Shown piece by piece: positions 29,001 through 36,744 of a stretch of 64,000 bases of DNA. The notes beneath the pieces are model-generated. The model had not been told where the DNA came from, did no database searches, and saw only the letters and a program-made list of their open reading frames with translations. Source of the DNA: Candidatus Obscuribacteraceae bacterium (lineage in GTDB: Bacteria; Cyanobacteriota; Vampirovibrionia; Obscuribacterales; Obscuribacteraceae); contig JBGAHS010000008.1 of assembly GCA_044226015.1 (NCBI GenBank), positions 256,001 through 320,000 on the forward strand. The letters run 5' to 3'. The first letter of the stretch is position 1; every line of letters begins with the position of its first letter. The translations under genes were made by a program, and so were the position numbers.

Positions 29001-32000
29001 CCTGATTAAACTGAATGACTCCAATATTTATGTCCTGGTTGACCAGCGCATTGACCCTGACGGTATCATTGCTGGCTTTATAAACGACCTCTGGAACTGT
29101 AATAATTCCAGCATTTGGAAAATTCAAATATATTGTTTGACTAGATGGTCCGTAGGCAACGACTTTGCTAGATGGACTGTTCATCGAGTAGGTGATAGTT
29201 CCACCAGTGCTTTGAGTGTCGCCCGCAATAGTGAGAGATGTAGCGTTGTTGAAAGTGATATTAGAGCCAGCAATTGCCACGTCAGCGAATGGAGATGCAG
29301 CAAATGCACCTGAGAATGCAGTGCCGATATTTTTGGCAACAGTGATGGAACTACCACCGAGAGTGATAGCACCACTTCGTCCCGACTGACCTGCGTCTCC
29401 TGCGCCAGCGCCACCGACACCGAAAGCAGCTCCGCCTCCGCCGGTTCCGAAAGAACCAGCAACGCCACCGTCACCTGCGATGCCGCCACCAGCAATTCCT
29501 CCTCCTCCTCCTCCTGTAATATCTAGAGGTCCGCTGCCTGTCGAGCCACCACCATAGAAGCCACCGCCACCACCACCTCCAGTAGAATATCTGGCACCGC
29601 CACCACCTCCGAAGCTTCCTCCACCAGAGTAGTTATTTCCATCACCACCGCCAGCGGATAGCACAGGTCCGTCAACTATTAGAGTTGCACCGGCATTGAT
29701 GCTGATCGAACCTCCAGTTCCGCCACCACCATATGCAGCGCCACCACCACCTCCAGAGCTATTTACGTCTCCGTTAACATTCACGGCTCCAGCAGACGCT
29801 GTTACTGTAATTGAACCACCAGCACCACCGGGGGGCGCCCAGAAATCAGGGGAGTTAACGCCCGAACCGCCTCCGCCAAACGAGCGCATATAGCCAGTTA
29901 CAATGTCTCCAGTTCCGACACCAGCATAGGTCGATAGAGTGATGGAACCACCGTTACCGCCAGCTGCAGCGTTTACTCCGCCCTTACCAGAGACATCGAT
30001 GCCAGCAGTGTGAATGCCACCCAAATTGCTAGTCAGCGCCACAACTCCACTTGCCATTCTAATGTCACCGGATATGGTGATTCCAGCATCGCCAGAAAGA
30101 TTGAATGTGTTTCCAACGCTATTCAGCTCAAGGGCGCCTGCTGATGAAATCTTGCCGCTTGTGCTTGCATAGAAGGCACCATACTGGCTGTAGCTTACTG
30201 TACCTATATTGATGTTCTGTCCAGCAAGCCCATTTACTCTTGCAGTGAAGCTAGACGATTTGAATTCAATCTGTGGAATTGTAATTGCTCCAGCATTCGG
30301 GAAATTCAGGTACACGGTGTTGGGCGCACCATAGAGAACGACTTTGCTTGTCGGAGCATTCATTGAATATGTTATGGTTCCGCCACTGCTTTGTGTATCT
30401 CCCGCAATTGTTAGAACACTTGCGTTGTTGAACGAAATATTTCCACCAGCAATGGACAAGTCAGCAAACGGTGACGAGGCAAAAGCGCCTGCAAAACCCG
30501 TGCCAATTGTCTTACCAACTGTTATGGAAGTACCAGCAAGAGTGATTGAGCCATTTCGTCCAGATTGTCCAGCATTGCCTGCACCAGTTCCGCCGACACC
30601 AAACAGTGCGCCGCCACCACCGGTGCCGTAGCTTCCTGGAAGTCCTCCGCTACCAGCGACTCCTCCACCGTTTATGCCACCGCCACCAGCACCCAGCAAA
30701 TCGAGAGGTCCAGTACCTGTAGAGCCACCACCATAGAAGCCTCCACCACCGCCACCACCAGTTTGAGCTCTCGAGCCACCGCCACCGCCAAAGCTACCAC
30801 CGCCTGAATAATTACTAGCGTCTCCACCACCAGCGGAAAGTACTGGTCCATCGATGATCAATGTAGTGGCTGCATTTATGTTTATGGTGCCACCATAACC
30901 GCCACCAGCATACGCGGCACCAGCACCGCCACCAGAGTTATTTACGTCACCGTTGATTGTGACGCTTGCTGCAGACGCCGTGACGGTTATACTGCCTCCA
31001 CTACCACCGCCTGGTCCCCAAAAATCAGGAGAATTTACACCCGAGCCACCGCCACCATATGCGCGCAAGTACCCTGTCACGATATCACCAACACCTGGTC
31101 CAGCGTAGGTACGTAAATTGATAGAGCCACCGCTACTTCCGCCAGCAGCATTTGTTCCGCCTTTTCCAGACACATCAATATTGGCGGCTTGAATAGCACC
31201 AAGATTGCTTGTCAGGTTCACTGCGCCGCTAGCCAATTTGACGTCACCGGTCAGATAGACTCCAGCATCTCCAGAAAGATTGAATACGTTATTGCTTGTA
31301 TTCAGCTCAACAGCACCAGCTGAGAAGATCTTGCCACTTGTACTGGCGTAGAATGAACCCGGCTGCACAAAGCTAAGAGTGTTGATGTTGATATTTTGTC
31401 CAGCCAGACCATTTACGTTAACTGTAAAATTAGGTGATTTATTTTCCAACTGCGGAACTGTTATCAAACCAGCATTTGGAAAGTTTATGTTCACCGTTGA
31501 AGGAGGACCATACAAGACAACCTTACTCGTCGGAGTATTCATAGAATATGTAATGGTTCCACCAGAAGTTTGGGTGTCGCCTGCGATGTTCAGAACGGAA
31601 GCATTATTGAATGTGATGCTGCCACCAACAATCGAGTCACTTGCAAAAGGCGATGAAGCGAATGCACCTGAGAATCCTGTGCCGATGGTTTTGGAAACCG
31701 TAATGTTACTGCCTCCCAAGATTACAGATCCATTACGACCTGACTGTCCGGCATTCGGCGCACCGTTTCCACCAACGCCAAAGACAGCACCACCAGCGCC
31801 CATTCCATATTGCCCAGGAGTTCCTCCATCTCCGCCCTTGCCACCGCCTGTAATACCGCCGCCATCAGCCCCAGAAACGTCCAATACTCCATTGCCTGTA
31901 GAGCCGCCTCCATAGAGTCCGCCTCCGCCAGCGCCACCGACCGAGCCACGAGCACCACCTCCACCGCCAAAGCTGCCTCCGCCGGATGAGCCACTAGCGT

Positions 32001-35000
32001 CACCGCCGCCTGCGCTGAGCACCGGTCCATTAACTACGAGAGAAGCCGCTGCGCTCAGATTGATGGTGCCACCAGTGCCTCCACCACCCTGAGCGGCACC
32101 TCCTCCGCCACCCGAGGTATTCACATCACCATTAATGGTGACCGACCCTGCGGCAGCGTTTACCGTAATAGTGCCACCATTGGCTCCACCTGGCCCCCAA
32201 TATTCAGGATAATATACACCGGCGCCACCTCCTCCATATGAGCGCAGATAGCCAGTTGTTATGTCGCCAGCGCCACCAGATGCGTAAGTTTGTATTGCGA
32301 TCGAGCCACCACCGTTGGCTCCGACGTACTTGCTTACGCCGCCAATACCCGAGACATCAATGTTTGCAGTGTTGATTGCGCCTGCCTTACTTGTCAAACT
32401 TACATTACCGCTAGGCAAACTGATATCACCAGTCACGGTTACTCCAGCGTTGCCGGACAGGTTGAATGTATCAGAATTATTCAATGCAGTAGCGCCGGCA
32501 GAGTAAATGTTGCCGGTGGTGTTTGCAATGAATCCACCCGAACTAGCAAAAGTCACAGGATTGATATTGATGTCTTGTCCTAGCAAGGCGTTAACGCTAA
32601 CTGCATATCCGTAAGACTTGTAATTTATTTGAGGAACCGTAATTGCTCCAGCGTTTGGGAAGTCCAAATATACGGTACGACCAGCCGGTCCATACACAAC
32701 AACCGGGCTTGATGGACTTGAGACACAATAAGAAATGGTTCCGCCAGAACTTTGAGTATCTCCTGCAATCGAAAGAGCCGAAGCATTCTTGAAAGTGATG
32801 TTACTTCCAACAATAGAAACTCCTGCAAAAGGTGATGAAGCAAATGCTCCAGAGAAGCCAGTTCCCACAGTCTTAGCTACAGTAATGGTTGTTCCGGTCA
32901 AATAGACTTCTCCATTTCTTCCTGGTTGTCCGGCGTTAGAAGCATCCGTTCCGCCCACACCAAAAAGCGCACCTCCTCCGCCTTTACCATATTCACCAGG
33001 AAGACCACCACTGCCAGCATTACCACCACCAGCTATGCCACCGCCGCCGGCTCCTGACAAATCGAGGATGCCAGTGCCCGTGGAACCACCACCATAAAAG
33101 CCACCCCCACCGGTGCCGCCTGTCGAAAACCTGGCACCGCCGCCACCGCCAAAGCTACCACCACCAGACGATGCACTTGCGTCACCACCACTGGCTGAAA
33201 GCACAGGACCGTCTATAGATAGCGTGCCACCAGCATTTACGTTGATTACTCCGCCCCATCCACCGCCAACTCCGTAGGCTCCGCCGCCTCCGCCGGAAGT
33301 ATTTATTTCTCCATTGATCGTTATCGAAGCTGGAGTAGTTACTGTGATGGTACCACCTGAGGCACCACCGCCGCCCCAGAATCCGCCGTTAGATGAGCCG
33401 GCACCTCCACCTCCAAACGAGCGCAACGCACCAGTGACGATATCATCAACGCCACTCTGAATTAGAATTGGTCCGCCGCCGCCACCACTGGCAGCGTCAC
33501 CAACGCCTCCTAAACCTGACGCATCAACTACCTTTGTCGTAATGGTGCCACTACTACTGTTCAAGCCAACCGTGCCTGAAGGCAATGCGATATCTGAATT
33601 CAAAGTTATGTCACCACCGGACTTAACCTGAATTTCTCTGGCTCCGCTGAGTCCCTCAAGTGAGACGCCCGCAGACACATTGGTGATTGTGTAACTGGGG
33701 TAATAGGTGTTTATGGTTCCACCACTTGGTACGCCAGCCTTGTCAAAATTCACTTGAGCTGAGTACCAAGATGACGGCTTAGCGGTAATCAAAGTAACCA
33801 TGCCGCCAGCAACACCAGCTCCAGAGTTACAATTTATTGTGCCCAGAGAAATCGCGTTTGCATCGTTAGCCGCGGCGATCACGGACACATCACCCGCGTT
33901 GGCACCAGCGAAACTGCTACTGCTATTAATACCGCTTGTACTTGCTACTTTTACGTGTCCGCCGCCACCACTGCCGGTGAAAGCCAATATCGTGACGTTT
34001 CCGCCAGCTCCGCCACTTGAGCTGCTGTTGATTACAGGGTTGCCACTGACCGCACTAAGGTCGACGTCGCCGCCCTTTCCAACGAGGTCAAAATTAACGC
34101 TAACAGTTCCGGTAGTGATGTCGTAGACTCCGGGAAGCGTAATACCAGCGGGAGAATTACCACCACCAGCAGTGCCATTGTCACTCAAATTAGCCCCAGC
34201 AATTATGTAAACATTGCCAGCCTTGCCTGTAGTTGAGTGAGTGTCTATAAGAGCACCAGGTCCGGTAGCTGTGATGTTTCCAGCAGCAATGATCGCCAGA
34301 TTTGCGTCAGCACCATTCGAAACGACTCCGTTAATGTTGATGTCGCCACCGAAATTAACGTAGGTCGGGTCACCGCTAATGCAATTGTCACCCAGATTCA
34401 AGACGCTAGTATTTGCACTAAAATGTTGGATTGCAGCAACCGTGTTCAAGTTACCAGTAATCTGCCCAACAAGAGCTTCAACATCGCCTGAACCCGAATA
34501 GATATTCAAATTCCGAGACAGGAAGTCACCACCGGTAATGTTAACGTTGCCCAATCCGCTATACAGTTGCGAGCGAATATTGATATCGCCCAATAGAGCC
34601 TGGAAGGTTCCGCCGGTGCCAATTATGTTAACGTTGCTTGTTGAAGCAAGGTTGGAAATATTGATGTTGCCAGCTTGCGAGAGAATGAGCCCCGCATTTA
34701 TGAGCGAGCCGGTGCCAACGTTTAAATTTACAGAATTTACAGCTTCTAACGTCGGTCGAGGTCCGTTAAGTCCAGCGGGAAGAGCATTGATAATCGAGTT
34801 TCCTGCCGTAAGATTCAAAATCCCAGCGCTTACAATTCGCCCTTGGTTGCTGATGCTATCCAGAGCACTCAAACTAAGATTTGACACAGAAAGAAGTCCA
34901 GCAAAAGCTGGCAAAGATGTATGCGGTATCACGGACGATATCAAGCTACCTGGTTGGTTGCTAATGTTCAGAGCAGACAAGCTAGCTTGTGCGCCATCTA

Positions 35001-35589
35001 CTTTCGCGCTTGTACCCGTATAAATAGAACCGTAATTGATGAGATTTCCAGTGATCTGAAAAGCAGGACCACTGGAAACGTCGTCAAAAGCAATAACTTG
35101 TCGCGGAATAATAAGGTCAGAAACTTTCAAGCCAGCCATGGTGTCATGCAGCAAGTCCAACGAGACACTGCCACTGGCAACGCTACCATTGGCTCTCAAA
35201 ACAATTGACTGCATACCACTCGAAATGTACTGCCCAATAGCCAACAATTCACCGGGTGTTACCAGTGACCCAGGAACGAATTCCCGACTTCCAGCACCAA
35301 CTTTAATTACAACAGAATCCGCGCCTTTAAGCGTACTTGGGTCAAGGCTGATGTTAGCAACCATTGAGCGCAAATCAAGACGAGAGGAACCTATCGGCAC
35401 AATTGCAGACCGCTGAAAGCCTGGTCGCATTGCCGCAGAATGTCCCGCCGGAGCAGCCGACGCTAAGCTCGTCTCGGCAGCCGAAGCAAGGCTGCTTGAG
35501 AAAAGTAAAAGGGGCATGAGCCCAACCGAAACTGCTTGCCTACGTGTATTTAAAATTTTGAACTTACGTGATCGTTGTTGCAATTTCAT
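20044..35589 (-). CDS. Giant (5181 aa) exported filamentous-haemagglutinin-like beta-helix protein with seven glycine-rich modules
   Basis: Uninterrupted 15.5-kb ORF with GGAG SD. Signal peptide ending LASA, G/S/T/N-rich beta-helix rungs and a distinct C-terminal domain. Confidence 0.9.
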   Translation of the reverse strand: MKLQQRSRKFKILNTRRQAVSVGLMPLLLFSSSLASAAETSLASAAPAGHSAAMRPGFQRSAIVPIGSSRLDLRSMVANISLDPSTLKGADSVVIKVGAGSREFVPGSLVTPGELLAIGQYISSGMQSIVLRANGSVASGSVSLDLLHDTMAGLKVSDLIIPRQVIAFDDVSSGPAFQITGNLINYGSIYTGTSAKVDGAQASLSALNISNQPGSLISSVIPHTSLPAFAGLLSVSNLSLSALDSISNQGRIVSAGILNLTAGNSIINALPAGLNGPRPTLEAVNSVNLNVGTGSLINAGLILSQAGNINISNLASTSNVNIIGTGGTFQALLGDINIRSQLYSGLGNVNITGGDFLSRNLNIYSGSGDVEALVGQITGNLNTVAAIQHFSANTSVLNLGDNCISGDPTYVNFGGDININGVVSNGADANLAIIAAGNITATGPGALIDTHSTTGKAGNVYIIAGANLSDNGTAGGGNSPAGITLPGVYDITTGTVSVNFDLVGKGGDVDLSAVSGNPVINSSSSGGAGGNVTILAFTGSGGGGHVKVASTSGINSSSSFAGANAGDVSVIAAANDANAISLGTINCNSGAGVAGGMVTLITAKPSSWYSAQVNFDKAGVPSGGTINTYYPSYTITNVSAGVSLEGLSGAREIQVKSGGDITLNSDIALPSGTVGLNSSSGTITTKVVDASGLGGVGDAASGGGGGPILIQSGVDDIVTGALRSFGGGGAGSSNGGFWGGGGASGGTITVTTPASITINGEINTSGGGGGAYGVGGGWGGVINVNAGGTLSIDGPVLSASGGDASASSGGGSFGGGGGARFSTGGTGGGGFYGGGSTGTGILDLSGAGGGGIAGGGNAGSGGLPGEYGKGGGGALFGVGGTDASNAGQPGRNGEVYLTGTTITVAKTVGTGFSGAFASSPFAGVSIVGSNITFKNASALSIAGDTQSSGGTISYCVSSPSSPVVVYGPAGRTVYLDFPNAGAITVPQINYKSYGYAVSVNALLGQDININPVTFASSGGFIANTTGNIYSAGATALNNSDTFNLSGNAGVTVTGDISLPSGNVSLTSKAGAINTANIDVSGIGGVSKYVGANGGGSIAIQTYASGGAGDITTGYLRSYGGGGAGVYYPEYWGPGGANGGTITVNAAAGSVTINGDVNTSGGGGGAAQGGGGTGGTINLSAAASLVVNGPVLSAGGGDASGSSGGGSFGGGGGARGSVGGAGGGGLYGGGSTGNGVLDVSGADGGGITGGGKGGDGGTPGQYGMGAGGAVFGVGGNGAPNAGQSGRNGSVILGGSNITVSKTIGTGFSGAFASSPFASDSIVGGSITFNNASVLNIAGDTQTSGGTITYSMNTPTSKVVLYGPPSTVNINFPNAGLITVPQLENKSPNFTVNVNGLAGQNININTLSFVQPGSFYASTSGKIFSAGAVELNTSNNVFNLSGDAGVYLTGDVKLASGAVNLTSNLGAIQAANIDVSGKGGTNAAGGSSGGSINLRTYAGPGVGDIVTGYLRAYGGGGSGVNSPDFWGPGGGSGGSITVTASAASVTINGDVNNSGGGAGAAYAGGGYGGTININAATTLIIDGPVLSAGGGDASNYSGGGSFGGGGGSRAQTGGGGGGGFYGGGSTGTGPLDLLGAGGGGINGGGVAGSGGLPGSYGTGGGGALFGVGGTGAGNAGQSGRNGSITLAGTSITVGKTIGTGFAGAFASSPFADLSIAGGNISFNNASVLTIAGDTQSSGGTITYSMNAPTSKVVLYGAPNTVYLNFPNAGAITIPQIEFKSSSFTARVNGLAGQNINIGTVSYSQYGAFYASTSGKISSAGALELNSVGNTFNLSGDAGITISGDIRMASGVVALTSNLGGIHTAGIDVSGKGGVNAAAGGNGGSITLSTYAGVGTGDIVTGYMRSFGGGGSGVNSPDFWAPPGGAGGSITVTASAGAVNVNGDVNSSGGGGGAAYGGGGTGGSISINAGATLIVDGPVLSAGGGDGNNYSGGGSFGGGGGARYSTGGGGGGGFYGGGSTGSGPLDITGGGGGGIAGGGIAGDGGVAGSFGTGGGGAAFGVGGAGAGDAGQSGRSGAITLGGSSITVAKNIGTAFSGAFAASPFADVAIAGSNITFNNATSLTIAGDTQSTGGTITYSMNSPSSKVVAYGPSSQTIYLNFPNAGIITVPEVVYKASNDTVRVNALVNQDINIGVIQFNQAGAFFANTTGTISAAGTNSSSAAGSTFNLSADNGVTLTGDLRLASASVTLTSNLGSITTKNIDVSGLGGAVSQAGGAAAGSISLQTYAPAAGITTGYLHAYGGGGAGASSSQFWGPSGGSGGTVTLKAGTGAVTVQGDINVSGGGGGAYYGPGGSGGAVNVTSTGAVTIDGPVLAAGGGDGGSTSGGGSFGGGGGARGNTGGGGGGGFYGGGSTGTWFTDTSGGLGGGFLGAGAAGDGGAAGAYGVGGGANGGVFGVGGTDASSAAQSGRNGSISLSGTSITVSKTIETGYGAQMASSPFAKSSIVASNISLLNTGTTSIAGDIQSSGGTFSFASSSLPNKIVLYGQAGMSLNLDYTGSGNLNLAQFEFMVPSATVSLVTAANQNINVGTLTFNKAGSFNVTTGGDISFAGVSSTAASSAVNLKGQLGINVSGDIILPSGTVSLITQGAISTKNINVSGLGGAGATSLYAGGGAGGNGGTISLQAGADINTSYLRAFGGGGGGGSSTYGGTGGSGGTINANTSGGNIAVSGDINVSGGGAGGYANAGGSGGNVTLSASNKLTVDGPVLAAGGGNAGWTGAGAFGGGGGSAAGGNAGAGGGGFYGGGSGTNAGILAGSGGGIFGGGAAGDGGTAGSFGTGGGGTAFGIGGADSNTVAQINNNGSISLSGSSITVSKTIGSAFGGALSASPFADSSLVAGNISLLNASSSSLAGGIQSSGGTLSFSSNPGTSKIVLYGPAGQTVNLDYLSPTGVVTVPQLVVNVSSGRFVLNVATSQDVTMNGMSINANASSANLTVNTGGLISFNGVNTTALYGALNLNGSSGVTISGAVQLPSGSVTLASSSGKVATSNIDLSGLGGIGVPSGQGQAGGNGGTLSITALSDVQTGYLRSYGGGGGGGSGYYGGSGGSGGSIGVSSSAGTVKVLGDINVSGGGAGAFYNGGGAAGAINVSASSDLQIDGPVLAAGGGASGYYSGGGSFGGGGGAVSSSASGGGGGFYGGGSAGASGVRGGGGGGMLAGGAAGDFGLAGSLGSGGGGAVFGVAGGSDSNNAGVTGGGSITLSGNTVSVTKTIGTAYGPSTSASPNPFTTSPFAKYSIFAGVGGSVNITSPGASGPGSAAYFADADFSSNSKTNSADIKSGFFGVGFVTAANGVGTAGGINAGNSIMINGNAAPSSDINNIIFTSGVSGGSVTIMEGGSPRAINAGTLITPAEWVAIMQSASGTQNLILNASGQASGGSLIITDGNFPTTNSGKFASLLVPASVTANVLTTTLLPVTDKATINGTLNFNALSSGIAGGLSTVNGITSGGSGQLNVLSNGQLSLNATKGDLGSSGLPLNVNAGKLIISSAGSAYINNSSSSPVLLGASSADNFSLTAAAGIVSDGNSTFTGALTLKADSITVFSGNTLTGKSITFTGLTVNGTKGAGTNMNLLNNGDLIATAGNIEIDSASGQDLVVGGDGTGKFYASDSNRINIIASNNSLAKVYPSLYFNASQGFIFNGTSPAGTVNLTANGSMSSSVTLEANVTLDFPTDNSTVNVNTCNIVLNGSGGSQGKFDLHGNPGSQLIFNCPFKGTIANSTGPLDLNGMSLQFSGAKLALLSAGDIVNTGAAATLDLSNASGDGGALVMIAGFKFSPATSGTIGPNGVLYTLNADPNSGSGSILLGQSGHEVNVDTSGSGAGGNMLAVAHGGSVELGTVTTSGGSGTSGNVTVMGNGVKIVGISTAASDLDKSGTVTISSGVVTQTGALPVQISGGLVIQGTFQVASTDLGGKVDLGTVNAGRASIAVSTNGSAGLITVKGAPVAHKLSLLAGTGIINIAGVGNSLTVVPDLSGNGGAIDLSAANVLTATPSSPLVMNALGSGMDTGGAVTYTRNDSSPFTLNSSVLQVNASGKNGGTFAFSTAGNLTVTPSALMLNLGPNSGSGGKGASMTFKAGVPIGSLPAASSTLLVDGNLSANGDGSGAAGSIFLSSNNASTFLLGEKSTSKATNAVRGNLSFTGAPGTGSLTIVNSGGGITAGAQLLDMGSISLSTLGSSAGTITLGKSTGTALSKTIDLSTGGSGKIVSAGTIQAANVNLNTGAAGISLKVNTGKLTANSSGVVNVTNLGTSALTLGASSATGATATFTISTAGDISSGNISAGKGITLKTTAKNGAISLNGNLLTTQTGASITMATTGTGLFTASAGSISSDKVSITSAAGITLNAGVTAPVSLTLSAVKGDITVGSAPLTSANGTIAITALTNITSSAPISALKSVALTTTATSGVLRSSGNIVASNGTVMLKSGASAAVNAIDTSGADISAAKSVTFSAVKGGVIAGSIGKVQAADKVIVTSFNNITLGDQINGLTGITVSSSSTLASTGNITISGGMNLSSPNGVITVTSNGSSKIIDKAAASSITGASITFNSAADLLMDASMSASKALTLNSKAGSISLGNASKLSASAGTVAITAMNNLFANGSISADKSVTLKTTLGNPANSMSVGNVSVANGPININSFGGPLSVLPGSTIQVGSPSAKASTGSITIADSNPVSGASIDIGAGSTIATYVAIPSKTNGTISVFIGKAPSAPVVGSNTTAITVSGSSGTAYWGANGIDPASTGTISLQGANVIFNTGDLPAQSIKVNSTTFIADPPIVAAHLTTKAVIAQPVTFAPAAGPITSAHVLTRDNRPMYTGTQALPNLYVHPTTADDAIVSSGSYVYNLNTSTADSRGVVKTASSLLASNRFSLDANREFNTDVGNTSVGADATTGVNTCVEADASVGASARVDANAITFENSSAIAKFASTAFGVESLAFCTDAEPAAFSNVHALPLRSITTLTEGSVLLAPLHDVQVVTPVGRVFLKANTLVLVSASRDTLAVHNFDDHSKTGVTVESCGHTMLLSPGRHVTVSTDNSEFAKLNLMPEIAHRKLMRRALENGMWVHTSEFAIPTAIRAVKPLSEIVASKDPAARKISARLAKTAAILMIMNGNRDVYKMYTDPDNIHEISAYANVSR
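25780..33620 (-). repeat. Seven intragenic modules of 1179-1182 nt
   Basis: The GGG(F/L)YGGG anchor recurs at about 33092, 31910, 30731, 29552, 28373, 27191 and 26012. Confidence 0.9.
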
Positions 35590-36352
35590 GATTTTGTCTC
35601 CCCAAAAGCCATGCCAGGCCCCGAAACGGCGCCGGAGACGTCGTCGGAGACTATATTCTGCTATTACAATTATGCTTCTGAATTTGGGTTCTTACTTCGC
35701 TCGAAGGGACTATACTTTTCGATACCTCCTTCAAACGATATCAAGCATGTAACCAATCAACGGACTGATTTCCGTGTCGCCACAAACGCGCATCAATGCA
35801 AGAGCAACCGGCATTTTCCCTACAAATTTCGATAATTGGCATAAAGAAGAGCGCGAAATTGAGAAATGGCAGCGAACAATCAATTGAAAGAAGACAGAGT
35901 CCATGCGCAGAACAAGCTTAAGCAATGGGATACGAACGTGTTTTGATCGAGAACTTGATGCATCAAATCCGAATTAAGAAATAGAATCGCAAAATGTACA
36001 GTTGCGATGTCATCGCAATTACAACAAGAATTCAAATATGAAAGTCGAATTTGTGCACATAAATGAGATTCGCTCTAGGTAGCGCTTTTCGAAATTTGCA
36101 GACACTCCAAATAAAATTTGGGCTAGATAACACCTTTCTCAAAGGGCGCTGCACCAGATTAGGTGCAAGAAATACCAATCGCTCTATACCGGCTAAGCGC
36201 CGACTTCACAGACTAGAGAATGGAGCAGTTAGTGGCATTCGCTCCAAACAACAAGCTTCGAGTTAACATTCATTCGAAACAAGATATTTCCAAAATAACA
36301 TCCACTAGAAATAGCGTCTGTGCTTAATAAGATTCATTCGAAATATGAGCCG

Positions 36353-36484
36353 CTCAAACTCGTCCCCTCAAACTCATCCGCTCAAACTCATCCTCTCAAA
36401 CTCATCCTCTCAAACTCATCCGCTCCAAGTCGTCCTCTCCAAGTCGTCCTCTCCAAGTCGTCCGCTCAAAGTCGTCCTCTCCAA
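36353..36484. repeat. 14-bp tandem repeat, about 9.5 copies
   Basis: Units of CTC(A/C)AA(C/G)TC(A/G)TCC(G/T/C). Confidence 0.92.
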
Positions 36485-36744
36485 CCGATAGCGCTAACTT
36501 CGCAAATAATAGAGAAGAAACTCACCGACAAGTCCTTCGGACTGCCGAGAGAGTGGCTGCAAGCCGATCGGAGGGCAATAGGCTCAGAAAAACACCAGTT
36601 AACCACAGCAACTCTTGGAAAGCGAGAATTCCATGATTTAAGCTAAGATTCAACGAAAATTGTTCAAAATTGCAGGCAGAAATCAGTGCAAGTAGTTATT
36701 CTAGAAAGCTATAACACATCGCCGCAAGAGATGCAGGAGACACC

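Noticed and set aside
20305..35416. Many plus-strand ORFs of 100-400 aa, some Pro-rich
   Set aside because: They are antisense shadows of the Gly/Ser/Thr-rich giant gene.
36320..36646. 108-aa ORF with internal repeats
   Set aside because: It arises from reading through the 14-bp tandem repeat; no other coding evidence.
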